Assembly: GCF_000008385.1 (NCBI RefSeq)
Contig: NC_006833.1
Coordinates: 420,001 to 452,000 of the forward strand
Length of the DNA: 32,000 nt
Direction: 5' to 3'
Source: Wolbachia endosymbiont strain TRS of Brugia malayi
GTDB taxonomy: Bacteria; Pseudomonadota; Alphaproteobacteria; Rickettsiales; Anaplasmataceae
Shown here: piece after piece, positions 21,125 to 30,227 of the stretch
Position numbering within the stretch: position 1 is the first letter of the stretch
Layout: each line of letters begins with the position of its first letter
The notes under the pieces: generated by a model
Databases searched by the model: none
Told to the model about the DNA's origin: nothing
Seen by the model: the letters and a program-made list of their open reading frames with translations, nothing else
Translations under genes and position numbers: made by a program

Positions 21125-21345
21125 GTTCTCAAAATTTCATATTTTACTGTTTATTAAAGATAATACGAATAAATTGTAATACAGTTGCTTTGTACAAAAA
21201 GGTACTATTGTATTGCTGTTTATTTTCTATAGTGATTTATTCTTTTCACTCCTTAGTGCTATATTAATAAATTATTAGTATAATGTTGTTAAATATAGTA
21301 ATAAAAATCTAAATACCTCCTTTACAAAAGGATAGAATTATCTTT

Positions 21346-21849
21346 ATGAAAATAAGCATATATTTAATATTGTTTTTGCTTTTCTCTTGCACTCAACTGT
21401 ATGCTAACGAAGAAGTTGCAAAATTTGATTTGCTTATTGGTAAGGTAAATGAAGCAAACCTCACCTTTGAAGGTGCAATAAAGGTTACAATAAAACCAGG
21501 CTGGCATATATATTACAAAGATCCTGGAGATTTCGGTCTCCCCACTTCTTTTGATTGCAAGGGTAATACATCAAATATAGATATTCACTGGCCTACTCCA
21601 AAAGAGCATAGAGATAATTTAGGAAGAGAGATATTTATCAGTAACGTATATGAGAACATGGTGTTATTTCCCTTTAGGGTGAATATGTTTTCAAGTCAAG
21701 AGTATGTTGATCTTAACTTTCATATAAAATATGCGATATGTAAAGATAAGTGCATTCCTAAAAATGCTGAGATAAAAGTCAGACAGCCACTGAAGAATTT
21801 TGTAGATTCTGATGTCAATGAACTCATAAATGAGTGGTATAAAAAATAG
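21346..21849 (+). CDS. secreted DsbD N-terminal-like (thiol:disulfide interchange) domain protein
   Basis: 167-aa ORF with signal-peptide-like MKISIYLILFLLFSCTQLYA. The pattern KPGWHIYYKDPGDFGLPTSF...WPTPKEH....Y...V.FPF......YAICKDKCIP matches my recollection of the DsbD-alpha/ScsB-type domain. Confidence 0.7.
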   Translation: MKISIYLILFLLFSCTQLYANEEVAKFDLLIGKVNEANLTFEGAIKVTIKPGWHIYYKDPGDFGLPTSFDCKGNTSNIDIHWPTPKEHRDNLGREIFISNVYENMVLFPFRVNMFSSQEYVDLNFHIKYAICKDKCIPKNAEIKVRQPLKNFVDSDVNELINEWYKK

Positions 21850-22026
21850 AGCTCCAGAGAGGTAATCTAGTTAAGCTGCCAAATTTCAGTGCGTGCTGTA
21901 CAAACGTTACAATTTACAGGTAATTTATGCAATAAATAGTATTAAGTGTGCTGATTTTACCATGAATATCTCAAATAAAGTTGTGGGAAAAACTCCTGAT
22001 TCTGAAGGTATTGGTGTTAGTTTTTC

Positions 22027-23400
22027 TTATTCACTGTGCAGGTATTGTATGGTGCTGTCCACTTGGTCATCATGACGGATTCCTGGAAACATTAAAATCT
22101 CATACTCAAAATCTTCTAGCCATACTGCTTGATGCAGTAGAAAAACCTTGCCAGACTCTATAGTAGGAACTAATTTAATGAAATCAAGTGAGCTTATCAT
22201 TATGTGGCATTATTTCGACAATGGCTAAATCACTGCTTACCTTCAGATCTTGTACTAATTGTTGACCACTTGTTTCTGCTTCAATCAAAATTGCATGTGG
22301 CATCCATCTTTCTGCTAAGGACAAAACTAAGTTTTGGATATTCAAATTTTGCACGTTATACATCAAGTAAATAGAATTTTTTACCTACTTTTGCCCAGGT
22401 AGTGCGGACGCTAAAGTTGCTAGCGTCGCCTATTAAAACTGCAGTATTCTAGCTTTAAGCTATAGGCAAAGAGATCATCAAGAAAACTTCTATAGCGCTT
22501 CCAGCCCACTCTTGTTTAATTATATCACTTAAAAGCGACAGAGGGTTTTTGTTGATATTGTACAGCAAAAGCGTAATTCCCAAGTCAATTTTTATCGTTT
22601 CAATCTCTTCTTTTCCTCCATCTAGAAGATATAGCAACTGACCTTCTTCCCTCGAGGGTAATATTACGATGGCGTTATTTTAGCACTTGATGCTGTAATT
22701 CAGCTCTTGTAATTATTTGTAGTTACTCTGATTACAGGAATAAGAGAAGGAGACATTGGCTTTTCAATTGAATAGATAGACTCCTTATTTTTAGCTATTG
22801 TTGGCAAACAAATTTAATGCAACATATTTTTCGGTTTGGAGAGAAGGTGTCAGGCTAAATCTTCCTGATGTAGCCTATGCATCACAAGCACAATTATTCC
22901 TTTTTTCTATTGTTGAGCCTAGTTACTAAAGTCTGATCAAACCAGCTTGTGGCACGCTTTCTAAGCGTTTCGCTTAAAGCTTGAGCGGAACTCAGTTGGT
23001 CGTTGACAATAATAAAATCACCTTCTTTGCTGGTTAATGTTCCCCCAACAGACGTTGCAATTTTGTATTCTCTCCGCACTGTTTGAAATTTATACTTAGT
23101 ATTTTGTTCTATGGATAGTTCTACTTCTAGAAATAGCTTTTTATACCAATCAGACTACATTACGCACCTAGTATCGAGCGAGTGCTTTTCGCTGGGAATA
23201 GCTCACAATTATTACTCTTACGCATATGGGCTTCTTCGAGCGTGAAGGCATACTAAATATTATTCGTCTCACTGCACCAGTGCCTGCCGCTTCAAGTCTG
23301 TTCGCTATGACTTTTATATATTAGTAATCATTATATTCACATCCCGTACTACCGTTTTGAAAGCATAACTCAATGAGTTTGAGAAAGTTTATATTTTCTA
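22027..23400 (-). pseudogene. phage/GTA-type terminase large subunit, multiply frameshifted and stop-interrupted
   Basis: Minus-strand pieces occur in the family order across shifting frames.
- YIKVIANRLEAAGTGAVRRIIFSMPSRSKKP: decayed Walker A, expected PPRhGKS, around 23225-23300.
- VIIVSYSQRKALARY*.
- SDWYKKLF...SVGGTLTSKEGDFIIVNDQ..SETLRKRATSWFDQTLVTRLN: Walker B, expected IIiDDP, in track ORF 22894..23079.
- IVLVMHRLHQEDLA*.
- YAFAVQYQQKP.
- VLIGDASNFSVRTTWAKVGKKFYLLDV*.
- ILIEAETSGQQLVQDLK...MPHNDKLT*: track ORF 22184..22366.
- IKLVPTIESGKVF, then a frameshift in a T-run, then LHQAVWLEDFEYEILMFPGIRHDDQVDSTIQYLHSE*: stop at 22027-22029.

The upstream boundary is approximate. Confidence 0.8.
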
Positions 23401-23443
23401 TGTTAGTGAGCGTTCTTGCTGTTTATTCCACTCCCCTCTTTTT

Positions 23444-23488
23444 GTCATTCCAGTGCTCCGACATTGGGATTCAACACACTGGAATGGC
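23444..23488. repeat. short palindromic repeat element (full copy)
   Basis: Arms GTCATTCCAGTG (23444-23455) and CACTGGAATGGC (23477-23488) form a 12-bp inverted repeat with one mismatch around a 21-nt loop. Its left arm recurs at 26123-26138. Confidence 0.7.
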
Positions 23489-23922
23489 AATTCCTCATCA
23501 TACTCCACAGTATCTTTAGATCTCGCTAAGGAACGACGGTAGTTACAAATATTTAAGAAATTTTTTAAATAGAAAAAAAGGCAAAAAATCACGTGGTGCG
23601 AGTTTTAACCCTATAATAGTTTAAATTGGCGCTGTAATAATTTGTTGACGCTTAGTTTAAACGCGATTTAGCTGAATGTAGAAAAAATTTAAAAGACATA
23701 CAGCTACGATAACTTGATGTAATAAGCCAAAAAATACCTTAAGTTCTTTACTGAACTTTGTTATTGAACCTGTGCAGGTCAAAAACAAGTTACGAGTCAG
23801 AAATACCCTTAATGCCATGGCCATGAGGTTTTTGAAATTTATTAAAGTAGTTTTTTACATTTCTGTGAGCTATTTGGATAATAGAGAAGAGTGTTGAAGT
23901 GAAAGAAAGTAATACAACTTTA

Positions 23923-25095
23923 TTAAAAAATTAACTTCAATCCAGCTAAGAGTATGTAACCTGAGTTGTTATTCATTACTTTAGGTTCTTCGGTATTAAA
24001 TTTTACAATATCGAAATAGTATGAAGTGCCCATAAAAAGAGGATATTCAAGACTCAAAGCATATGAAGTTAATTTGTTTATACCCTTGCCTATAATATCC
24101 TGGCCACCACTAAAATATGTTAAGCTCAACTTGCGGGAATCAGAGCGGTAAGCAACACCTGCATTCATGTAATATGTGCTACTTACTTCAGAATCAAGCT
24201 TTTTACCAGATTTACCGCTATTACCATATGAAAAAATGCAATCAAGATTGAAAAACTTCAGTTTCAAACCAAAATTCCAGTGCAGTAATTGATTGTGACA
24301 CTGGAGATTGCTAGGATTTTTGTTGGTACAATCAGCTAAATCTCCCCTTGCAAATTCACCAGTCAAAGTAGTAGTAAAGCTTATATCATCTGATAGGCCG
24401 TTTTTATAGGAAAGGCCAGAAGCAACCAGGTTGTTGTACTGTAAGTTATTTTTTCCTGGAACATAACTGAGCCCCAATTGAAAATTATAAATCTCAGGAG
24501 AGATATAGCTTACCACTGGCTGCTTTAACTTTAGTTTAAGTCCACTGTAATTACTATAAATACTGGGCTTTACCCAGAACACCTCATCTTTATCATATCC
24601 AGCACCATCATCTTTTTTTTCATTACCAAGCAAGTTTGCATAGTTTGCCCAGTAACCATTTGCCCCTCCAGCAGCTACATAAATCTTTGAAGTGTTAATC
24701 AGCATACTTTGGCTAACCAAATTTCTTTTACCATATTCAATTGATCCAAGCCCCTGGTTTTTAATGATAAAATACCATTCCTCCATGTTTAACTTCTCTA
24801 TGTCTAACGCTTTTAGATTAGAGATATTGGAAACCTCTGCCTTTATATTAAACCCCATTTGAGTATTTGGATAAACACGTTGTAAATAAAAAAGGCGCAG
24901 GTATGAATAACTTGAAGTCTTATCTTTAGGCTTAATATTGAAAGAATCTTTGTTGAAGGTATAGCTAAATCTCAAATCCATTTTCCCGTCTAGCTCTGTA
25001 TAAAATATTTCCTTGTCCAAAATTACTCTAGCGCCAGTATTACTTTGTGAAAACAACAATGAAAACAGTATCACTAGGCAGTACCTTAATTTCAT
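23923..25095 (-). CDS. porin-like outer-membrane beta-barrel protein
   Basis: The track ORF starts at a TTG at 25107. The ATG at 25095 gives MKLRYCLVILFSLLFSQSNTGA, which is signal-peptide-like. Alternating amphipathic beta-strand-like segments run throughout, it is rich in Y, G, S and N, and it ends LAGLKLIF with a terminal Phe as in beta-barrel OMPs. Confidence 0.75.
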   Translation of the reverse strand: MKLRYCLVILFSLLFSQSNTGARVILDKEIFYTELDGKMDLRFSYTFNKDSFNIKPKDKTSSYSYLRLFYLQRVYPNTQMGFNIKAEVSNISNLKALDIEKLNMEEWYFIIKNQGLGSIEYGKRNLVSQSMLINTSKIYVAAGGANGYWANYANLLGNEKKDDGAGYDKDEVFWVKPSIYSNYSGLKLKLKQPVVSYISPEIYNFQLGLSYVPGKNNLQYNNLVASGLSYKNGLSDDISFTTTLTGEFARGDLADCTNKNPSNLQCHNQLLHWNFGLKLKFFNLDCIFSYGNSGKSGKKLDSEVSSTYYMNAGVAYRSDSRKLSLTYFSGGQDIIGKGINKLTSYALSLEYPLFMGTSYYFDIVKFNTEEPKVMNNNSGYILLAGLKLIF

Positions 25096-25738
25096 GAATA
25101 AACTCAAAGTCTTTATAAAAGTCTAAGTTTAAACTCAATATAGGCAAAAGACAACTTTCCAGAAGGCGCCTCCGATTTTTACGCTAAACCTAAACCTTAG
25201 GCCAGCTTTTGAGCTACTTTTCCATAAATTACTGATATACTGGGTAATTTCCGCTTTAATAACTGCTTATTAATAGCAAAATGTTATACGATCAATTATT
25301 TGAGGTGTGTTGTATGCATTATAGTTAATCAAGATAAAAAGCACTTTATTTTTATCAGCATATCTGAGTAAATCGTCACTACGGCAATTTTTGTAGAAAT
25401 GCTCTATAACAACTTTCAGTGCATCATTTATCTCATCACAGTTACTATCAAAACTGAATGATTCCCGTAGCCACATTCATTTAGTGCCGCAGGGTAAAGC
25501 TTGATACAACACATAATTCTAAAGTAGAAGACTCATTTATCTGGTATATCAAATAAGTCGTGGTTTTTATATTTCTTACCCATTAGATATTCATCAATTT
25601 ATGAGGCAGGCTTACGTCATGTATCAATAGCTCATAATTAATCTTGTAACTAGTGAACCGCATGGTACGAAAAACTTCACTTTTTTCTTTATATCTTCTC
25701 CTTTAGCGTCAATTAAGGAAAAAATCTATCACTTTATA

Positions 25739-25979
25739 GGCAATATATCAAGTAAATCGTGTCTATCTTCGTTATACTCCAAATAATCCTCCACATCATC
25801 AGCTGTTCTTGTGTTAATATTAATTAACGGCTTGTTAAGTAAATTCTCCCCTTTTCATATTTTAACAAATCCCTTACAGCTTGACTTAGCCTTAAAATTG
25901 ATAAAGTTCTTTTCTTATTATCCTGATAAACAGATATCATAGCATCATCTTTCCTTCTTGCAGTTATAAAATCTTCCAT
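25739..25979 (-). pseudogene. possible Phd/YefM-like antitoxin remnant (one frameshift)
   Basis: The ATG at 25979 gives MEDFITARRKDDAMISVYQDNKKRTLSILRLSQAVRDLLKYEK. After a frameshift near 25845-25855 it continues GENLLNKPLININTRTADDVEDYLEYNEDRHDLLDILPIK* (stop at 25739-25741). There is only a loose resemblance to the Phd/YefM pattern (s.a+.nl......P.li....... ..eeYe.l.E). Confidence 0.25.
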
Positions 25980-26122
25980 ACTTTTACTCTATACAGAGTA
26001 TTTATAAGTATAATAAGATTGCATTAAAATTTATTTACCTATAATAGGCTTGATTGGATATAATAGAAGTGGACTAACGTCATATTTTGTTTTATAGCTA
26101 GCTACGCTTGATGGTGATAAAG

Positions 26123-26158
26123 ATAAAATAACTTTTGTCGTTCCAGTGTGGCGCCTGA
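26123..26158. repeat. half copy of the short palindromic repeat
   Basis: TTTTGTCGTTCCAGTG (26123-26138) matches TTTTGTCATTCCAGTG at 23440-23455 in 15 of 16 positions. The next ~20 nt are loosely similar. No right arm is present. Confidence 0.55.
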
Positions 26159-26264
26159 AATCCATGAACTCTTCAGAAAAAAATAGGCAAATTTAGCCTA
26201 CCTCCTTACTTTATAAGTATTACTCCTTTCTTTGTGTGTCTTGTTGAGCTTGTTCAACAACAAC

Positions 26265-26639
26265 TTATCCTAAATAAGTGTTAACTTCAGCACCCTGTTT
26301 GTCTAATTTATTTGTCACCTCACTTTCATCTGCTGAGGTGTACTCACCGTCTTTGTTTTTCGCTTCTAGTGAAGCTATACCTAGTAATAAGATATTAACT
26401 TCCTGCTGGAAAAGCTGATCATCTATAGTAATACGGTAATCCTTATCTTCTAAGCTGAAGTATAAACAATATTCATCATCTATCATGCTTACTTTCTTCA
26501 TCCTTGTTTTGTTACTTTCTTTTATTTTATTATATACATCTTCTATCATTTGTATCACTACTTTACCATCATTAGTAACAACAATCTTCGGAGCTTTTAA
26601 CTCAGATATTTTATTGTTTTTGTTGATTGCATATACCAT
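26265..26639 (-). CDS. hypothetical protein, probably the surviving C-terminal part of a disrupted membrane protein
   Basis: 124-aa ORF with no family recognised. The same frame stays open upstream (26673-26864) apart from a single TAA at 26670-26672. That upstream stretch encodes hydrophobic segments (..CLASITTLIAIVAFIKPTLLGTIGLVSIVTLPVLIA*VILFLTIAGL-MVYAINK..). Confidence 0.5.
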   Translation of the reverse strand: MVYAINKNNKISELKAPKIVVTNDGKVVIQMIEDVYNKIKESNKTRMKKVSMIDDEYCLYFSLEDKDYRITIDDQLFQQEVNILLLGIASLEAKNKDGEYTSADESEVTNKLDKQGAEVNTYLG

Positions 26640-26962
26640 TAAACCTGCGATTGTTAAAAATAGTATAACTTAAGCTATTAAAACTGGTAGAGTTACTATA
26701 GAAACCAGCCCTATAGTTCCCAGTAAAGTTGGTTTAATAAATGCAACTATTGCTATTAATGTAGTTATAGAAGCTAAGCAGCGCCTACCGTAAGAGTAGT
26801 GTTCATTTTGCAGAATTAACCATAATGGTTTTTGAGAGTTTTGAAAACCGATATAATTACCTCTTTAATGAACTATTAATATATCTAAAATTATATATAA
26901 AAAATTACCTCGGTTCGAAACTTTTAACAAAAATTTTAGCTGATGGGTAACTTTTTCATAAA

Positions 26963-27436
26963 CTATCTACCACTTGAACCAAAACCTCCTGCACTTCTTT
27001 CAGTTTCTTCAGTGCATAATCGTTCTGCATCATCCCAAATTACCCGGAACACAGGAGCAATAAGGATTTGTGCAATTCTATCTCCCCTTTTTATTTCATA
27101 TGGCTGATTACTGAGATTAATTAGGCAAACTTTAACCTCACCGCGATAATCAGAGTCTATAGTGCCAGGAGAATTTAAGACAGTGATTCCATATTTTGCA
27201 GCAAGACCAGAACGTGGGCGAATTTGTCCCTCAAAACCATTTGGTATTACAATTACAATTCCAGTTGGAATAAGTAATCTTTCAAGTGGATTTAAAACAA
27301 TAGAGTTACCCAGTGCAGCATAAAGATCCATACCAGCACTCTGCATAGTTGCATAACACGGAAGAGGCAAATCTTTCCCATGAGACAACTTTTTTATTTC
27401 TACTTTAATTTTATTTCTTTGTATCCTACCCACCAA
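26963..27436 (-). CDS. dut: dUTP diphosphatase
   Basis: 157-aa ORF with a TTG start. dUTPase motifs [36 protein letters not shown] and [10 protein letters not shown]. Confidence 0.95.
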
Positions 27437-27499
27437 AGCTCAAGTTATAGCATGTAAACTACATCTGCAAAAATGATATGCCACGGCAATCACGTTTAG

Positions 27500-28441
27500 C
27501 TATAAATCATTTACAATTGATACACTAGAATTGCTCTCAGTAAATAAATCAATCATAATATTAGGTATTCTCCCATTAACTATATGAGCAATTCCAGCAC
27601 ATTCTTCTACCATTTTAGCACATGCTGTAAGTTTTTCAACAAATCTTTCTCCCTTAATTTTACCACAATTAATCGATGCATTTAAATTTTTAACAGATAT
27701 CTTCCTACCATCAATTTTATCCATTTCTTCACATACGTCGCTAAAGATTATCATTTTAGATGCAGAAACTGCAACTGCTATTGCACCCGCAGCGCCATCG
27801 GCATCAATGTGATATGTTTCTCCATTTTTTCCATGACCGATAGGCGCAATAACTGGTATAAAATCTGATTCTTCAATGAAAAACAATATATCAGGATTGA
27901 TCTCAGTTGGTATGCCAATAAATCCCATATCTAATATCTTTTCTACATTATTCGATCCATTTTCTCTAAGTGTAGTACTTATTTTTTCGGCTTTTATTAG
28001 GTTGCCATCTTTTCCACATAACCCAATAGCTGAACCACCAGCAGAATTTATATGCTGAACAATTTTTTTATTAATTGAACCACATAACACCATTTCAATG
28101 ATTCTCATAGTATCCTTATCTGTAAGTCTGATATCATTTACAAACTTACTATTGATACCCAAGATTTTTAGTACGGAATCAATTTCATACTCTCCATCAT
28201 GGACTATAACCGGATTTATACCAAGCTGCTTCAACAAGACAACATTATGCACAAAGGTATTGAACAGTGTTTCATCCGATATTGTTATACCGCCACATTT
28301 GATAACAAAGGTTTCGCCTACAAAGTTGGGTATGCTAGACAGCGCTTCAAGTAATATTTTTGCTTTTTGCTCAAATGATACCTCACCCTTTAAAAATTCA
28401 CTGTTCTTCATTCCCTTATCTTGTAAACTTGAAAAACTCAT
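27500..28441 (-). CDS. argB: acetylglutamate kinase-like amino-acid kinase family protein (divergent)
   Basis: 313-aa ORF that aligns by eye to NAGK: FVIKCGG for IIKLGG, PVIVHDGEYEI for LVIVHGGGCVV, and YHIDADGAAGAIA for MNVNADQAATALA. An alternative start at the ATG at 28411 would remove the 26-nt overlap with engB. Confidence 0.75.
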   Translation of the reverse strand: MSFSSLQDKGMKNSEFLKGEVSFEQKAKILLEALSSIPNFVGETFVIKCGGITISDETLFNTFVHNVVLLKQLGINPVIVHDGEYEIDSVLKILGINSKFVNDIRLTDKDTMRIIEMVLCGSINKKIVQHINSAGGSAIGLCGKDGNLIKAEKISTTLRENGSNNVEKILDMGFIGIPTEINPDILFFIEESDFIPVIAPIGHGKNGETYHIDADGAAGAIAVAVSASKMIIFSDVCEEMDKIDGRKISVKNLNASINCGKIKGERFVEKLTACAKMVEECAGIAHIVNGRIPNIMIDLFTESNSSVSIVNDL

Positions 28442-29009
28442 CTCTCACCTTGGTCATTTCATACTTAACACGGACGCTTATTTGACGAATTGACACACTT
28501 TCGTTATTAATCCATTTTCGAGTACTTTCTATAATAGCATCAAGATTCTCTCGATCTACTTTGTCTATTTTTGTTAGCACGACATCAAAGTTAATATTAT
28601 TATATGTTAACCAATAAATAAAGTCTTTGTCTATTTCTTTTAGTCTTACTTTGCTATCTATCAGTACAAACACTCTTCTCAGGTTTCTTCTATGAATCAA
28701 ATAGTATTCAACTAAGCCTAAGTACTGTATTGTTTCATCCTTGCTTGCATGAGAACAGCCATACCCTGGTAGGTCAACAAGTCTGAATTTATCATTGTAC
28801 ATAGAATAAAAATTTATTTGTCTAGTGCATCCAGGTTTAGAAGAAACTCTGGCAGCTTTTTTGCTGTTTATCAGTAAGTTAATTAAACTAGATTTTCCTA
28901 CATTCGATCTGCCAGCAAACGCAATTTCTGGTGCTGATTCATTTGGTAATGACTTTATGTCTGAAGCCCCAAACATAAAATTGCTGTTTAATGTTATCCG
29001 CCTTACCAT
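28416..29009 (-). CDS. engB: ribosome-biogenesis GTPase EngB/YihA
   Basis: 197-aa ORF with G1 GRSNVGKSS, G3 DLPGYG and G4 TKIDK. Confidence 0.93.
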   Translation of the reverse strand: MVRRITLNSNFMFGASDIKSLPNESAPEIAFAGRSNVGKSSLINLLINSKKAARVSSKPGCTRQINFYSMYNDKFRLVDLPGYGCSHASKDETIQYLGLVEYYLIHRRNLRRVFVLIDSKVRLKEIDKDFIYWLTYNNINFDVVLTKIDKVDRENLDAIIESTRKWINNESVSIRQISVRVKYEMTKVRDEFFKFTR

Positions 29010-29131
29010 TATATTATATAGAAATACCTAAAGTAGTAGGTATATTATAATGTCATTACTTGATGTAAAAAATTTTTTATTTCAAGTATATATTGCTCAC
29101 TTAAACAGTTGAAATATTAGACCAGAGCTGT

Positions 29132-30211
29132 ATGGATATAGAAAACAACTTACAAGATTTAAAGAGAAAATTCAACTATATAGAAAGGAAATTAGAAAAC
29201 CCTACCAATTTAAGTCAAAAAGAATTTATCAACCTTTCAAAAGAATATTCTGAACTCAGGCCGATTATCAAGATAATCAATGAATATGACACGTTAAAAA
29301 AGGAAATTTTAGACTTAGAGGAAATAATAAAAGATGAAAATAGTGAATATGATATAAAGGAGCTGGCCAAAGAAGAATTTTTCGAAAAGCAAAAGGTATT
29401 ATTACCACAAGTAAAAGCTAAATTAAAATTGGCACTACTGCCTAAAGATGAAGATGATTCAAGAAATGCAATACTAGAAATTAGAGCAGGTACAGGAGGA
29501 GAAGAAGCAGCATTATTTGCAGCAATGTTATTCCGAATGTACCAAAAATATGCAGAAAGAAGAAATTGGAAATTTGAGCCAATAAGTATTTCCAGCACAG
29601 GTATAGGTGGTTATAAGGAAGCTTCTGCACTTATCAATGGAACAGAAGTTTTTGCAAGGCTGAAATTTGAATCAGGAGTACATAGGGTACAGCGAGTGCC
29701 AGAAACTGAATCTTCGGGAAGGTTACATACTTCTGCAGCTACTGTTGCAATATTACCTGAAGTTGAGGAGGTTGATTTTAAAATAGAAGAAAAAGATTTA
29801 CGGATAGATGTTTATAGATCCAGCGGCCCTGGAGGACAATCAGTGAATACAACTGACAGTGCAGTGAGAGTTACTCACTTACCAACAGAAATGGTTGTAA
29901 TACAGCAAGACGAAAAATCGCAGCACAAAAACAAAGCTAAAGCGCTCAAAGTATTGAGGGCAAGGCTATATGAAATTGAAAGGCAAAAAAAAGAAATAGA
30001 AAGATCAACAATGAGAAAGAGTCAAATTGGCTCTGGAGATCGTTCTGAACGTATAAGAACTTATAACTTCCCACAATCAAGAATAACAGATCACAGAATC
30101 AATCTAACTTCACATCAGCTAGAGCAGATTATAAAAGAAGGCGAGCTAGATGAATTTATTGAGGTATTAATTTCACGTAATGAAGCAGAAAGATTGGCTG
30201 GGGAAAGTTAA
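29132..30211 (+). CDS. prfA: peptide chain release factor 1
   Basis: 359-aa ORF with the GGQ motif ([23 protein letters not shown]) and the RF1-type PxT tripeptide ([10 protein letters not shown]). Confidence 0.96.
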
Positions 30212-30227
30212 TACATATACACCTACA

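Noticed and set aside
21893-22163. Plus-strand ORFs 21893..22075 and 21981..22163.
   Set aside because: They overlap the well-matching minus-strand terminase C-terminal frames (..FPGIRHDDQVD..). No family resemblance.
22455-22637. 60-aa minus-strand ORF MLYLLDGGKEEIE.., which superficially resembles the terminase YlLDv segment.
   Set aside because: It is in the wrong frame for this part of the pseudogene. The family-matching frame here reads ..YAFAVQYQQKP.., and the genuine YLLDV segment lies further downstream (about 22361-22440).
23398-23592. 64-aa ORF MIFCLFFYLKNF...QCVESQCRSTGMTKRGEWNK...
   Set aside because: It is read through the palindromic repeat. ORFs of this kind are artefacts of the repeat, not genes.
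26905-26925. CGGTTCGAAAC, which resembles a tRNA T-loop (GGTTCGAA).
   Set aside because: The flanking bases cannot form a T-stem (CTCGG versus CTTTT). No acceptor or anticodon arms are evident.
29024-29043. 7-bp inverted repeat ATACCTA-N6-TAGGTAT in the divergent engB/prfA intergenic region, a possible operator.
   Set aside because: It is short and AT-rich, with no second copy in the window. It cannot be separated from chance.
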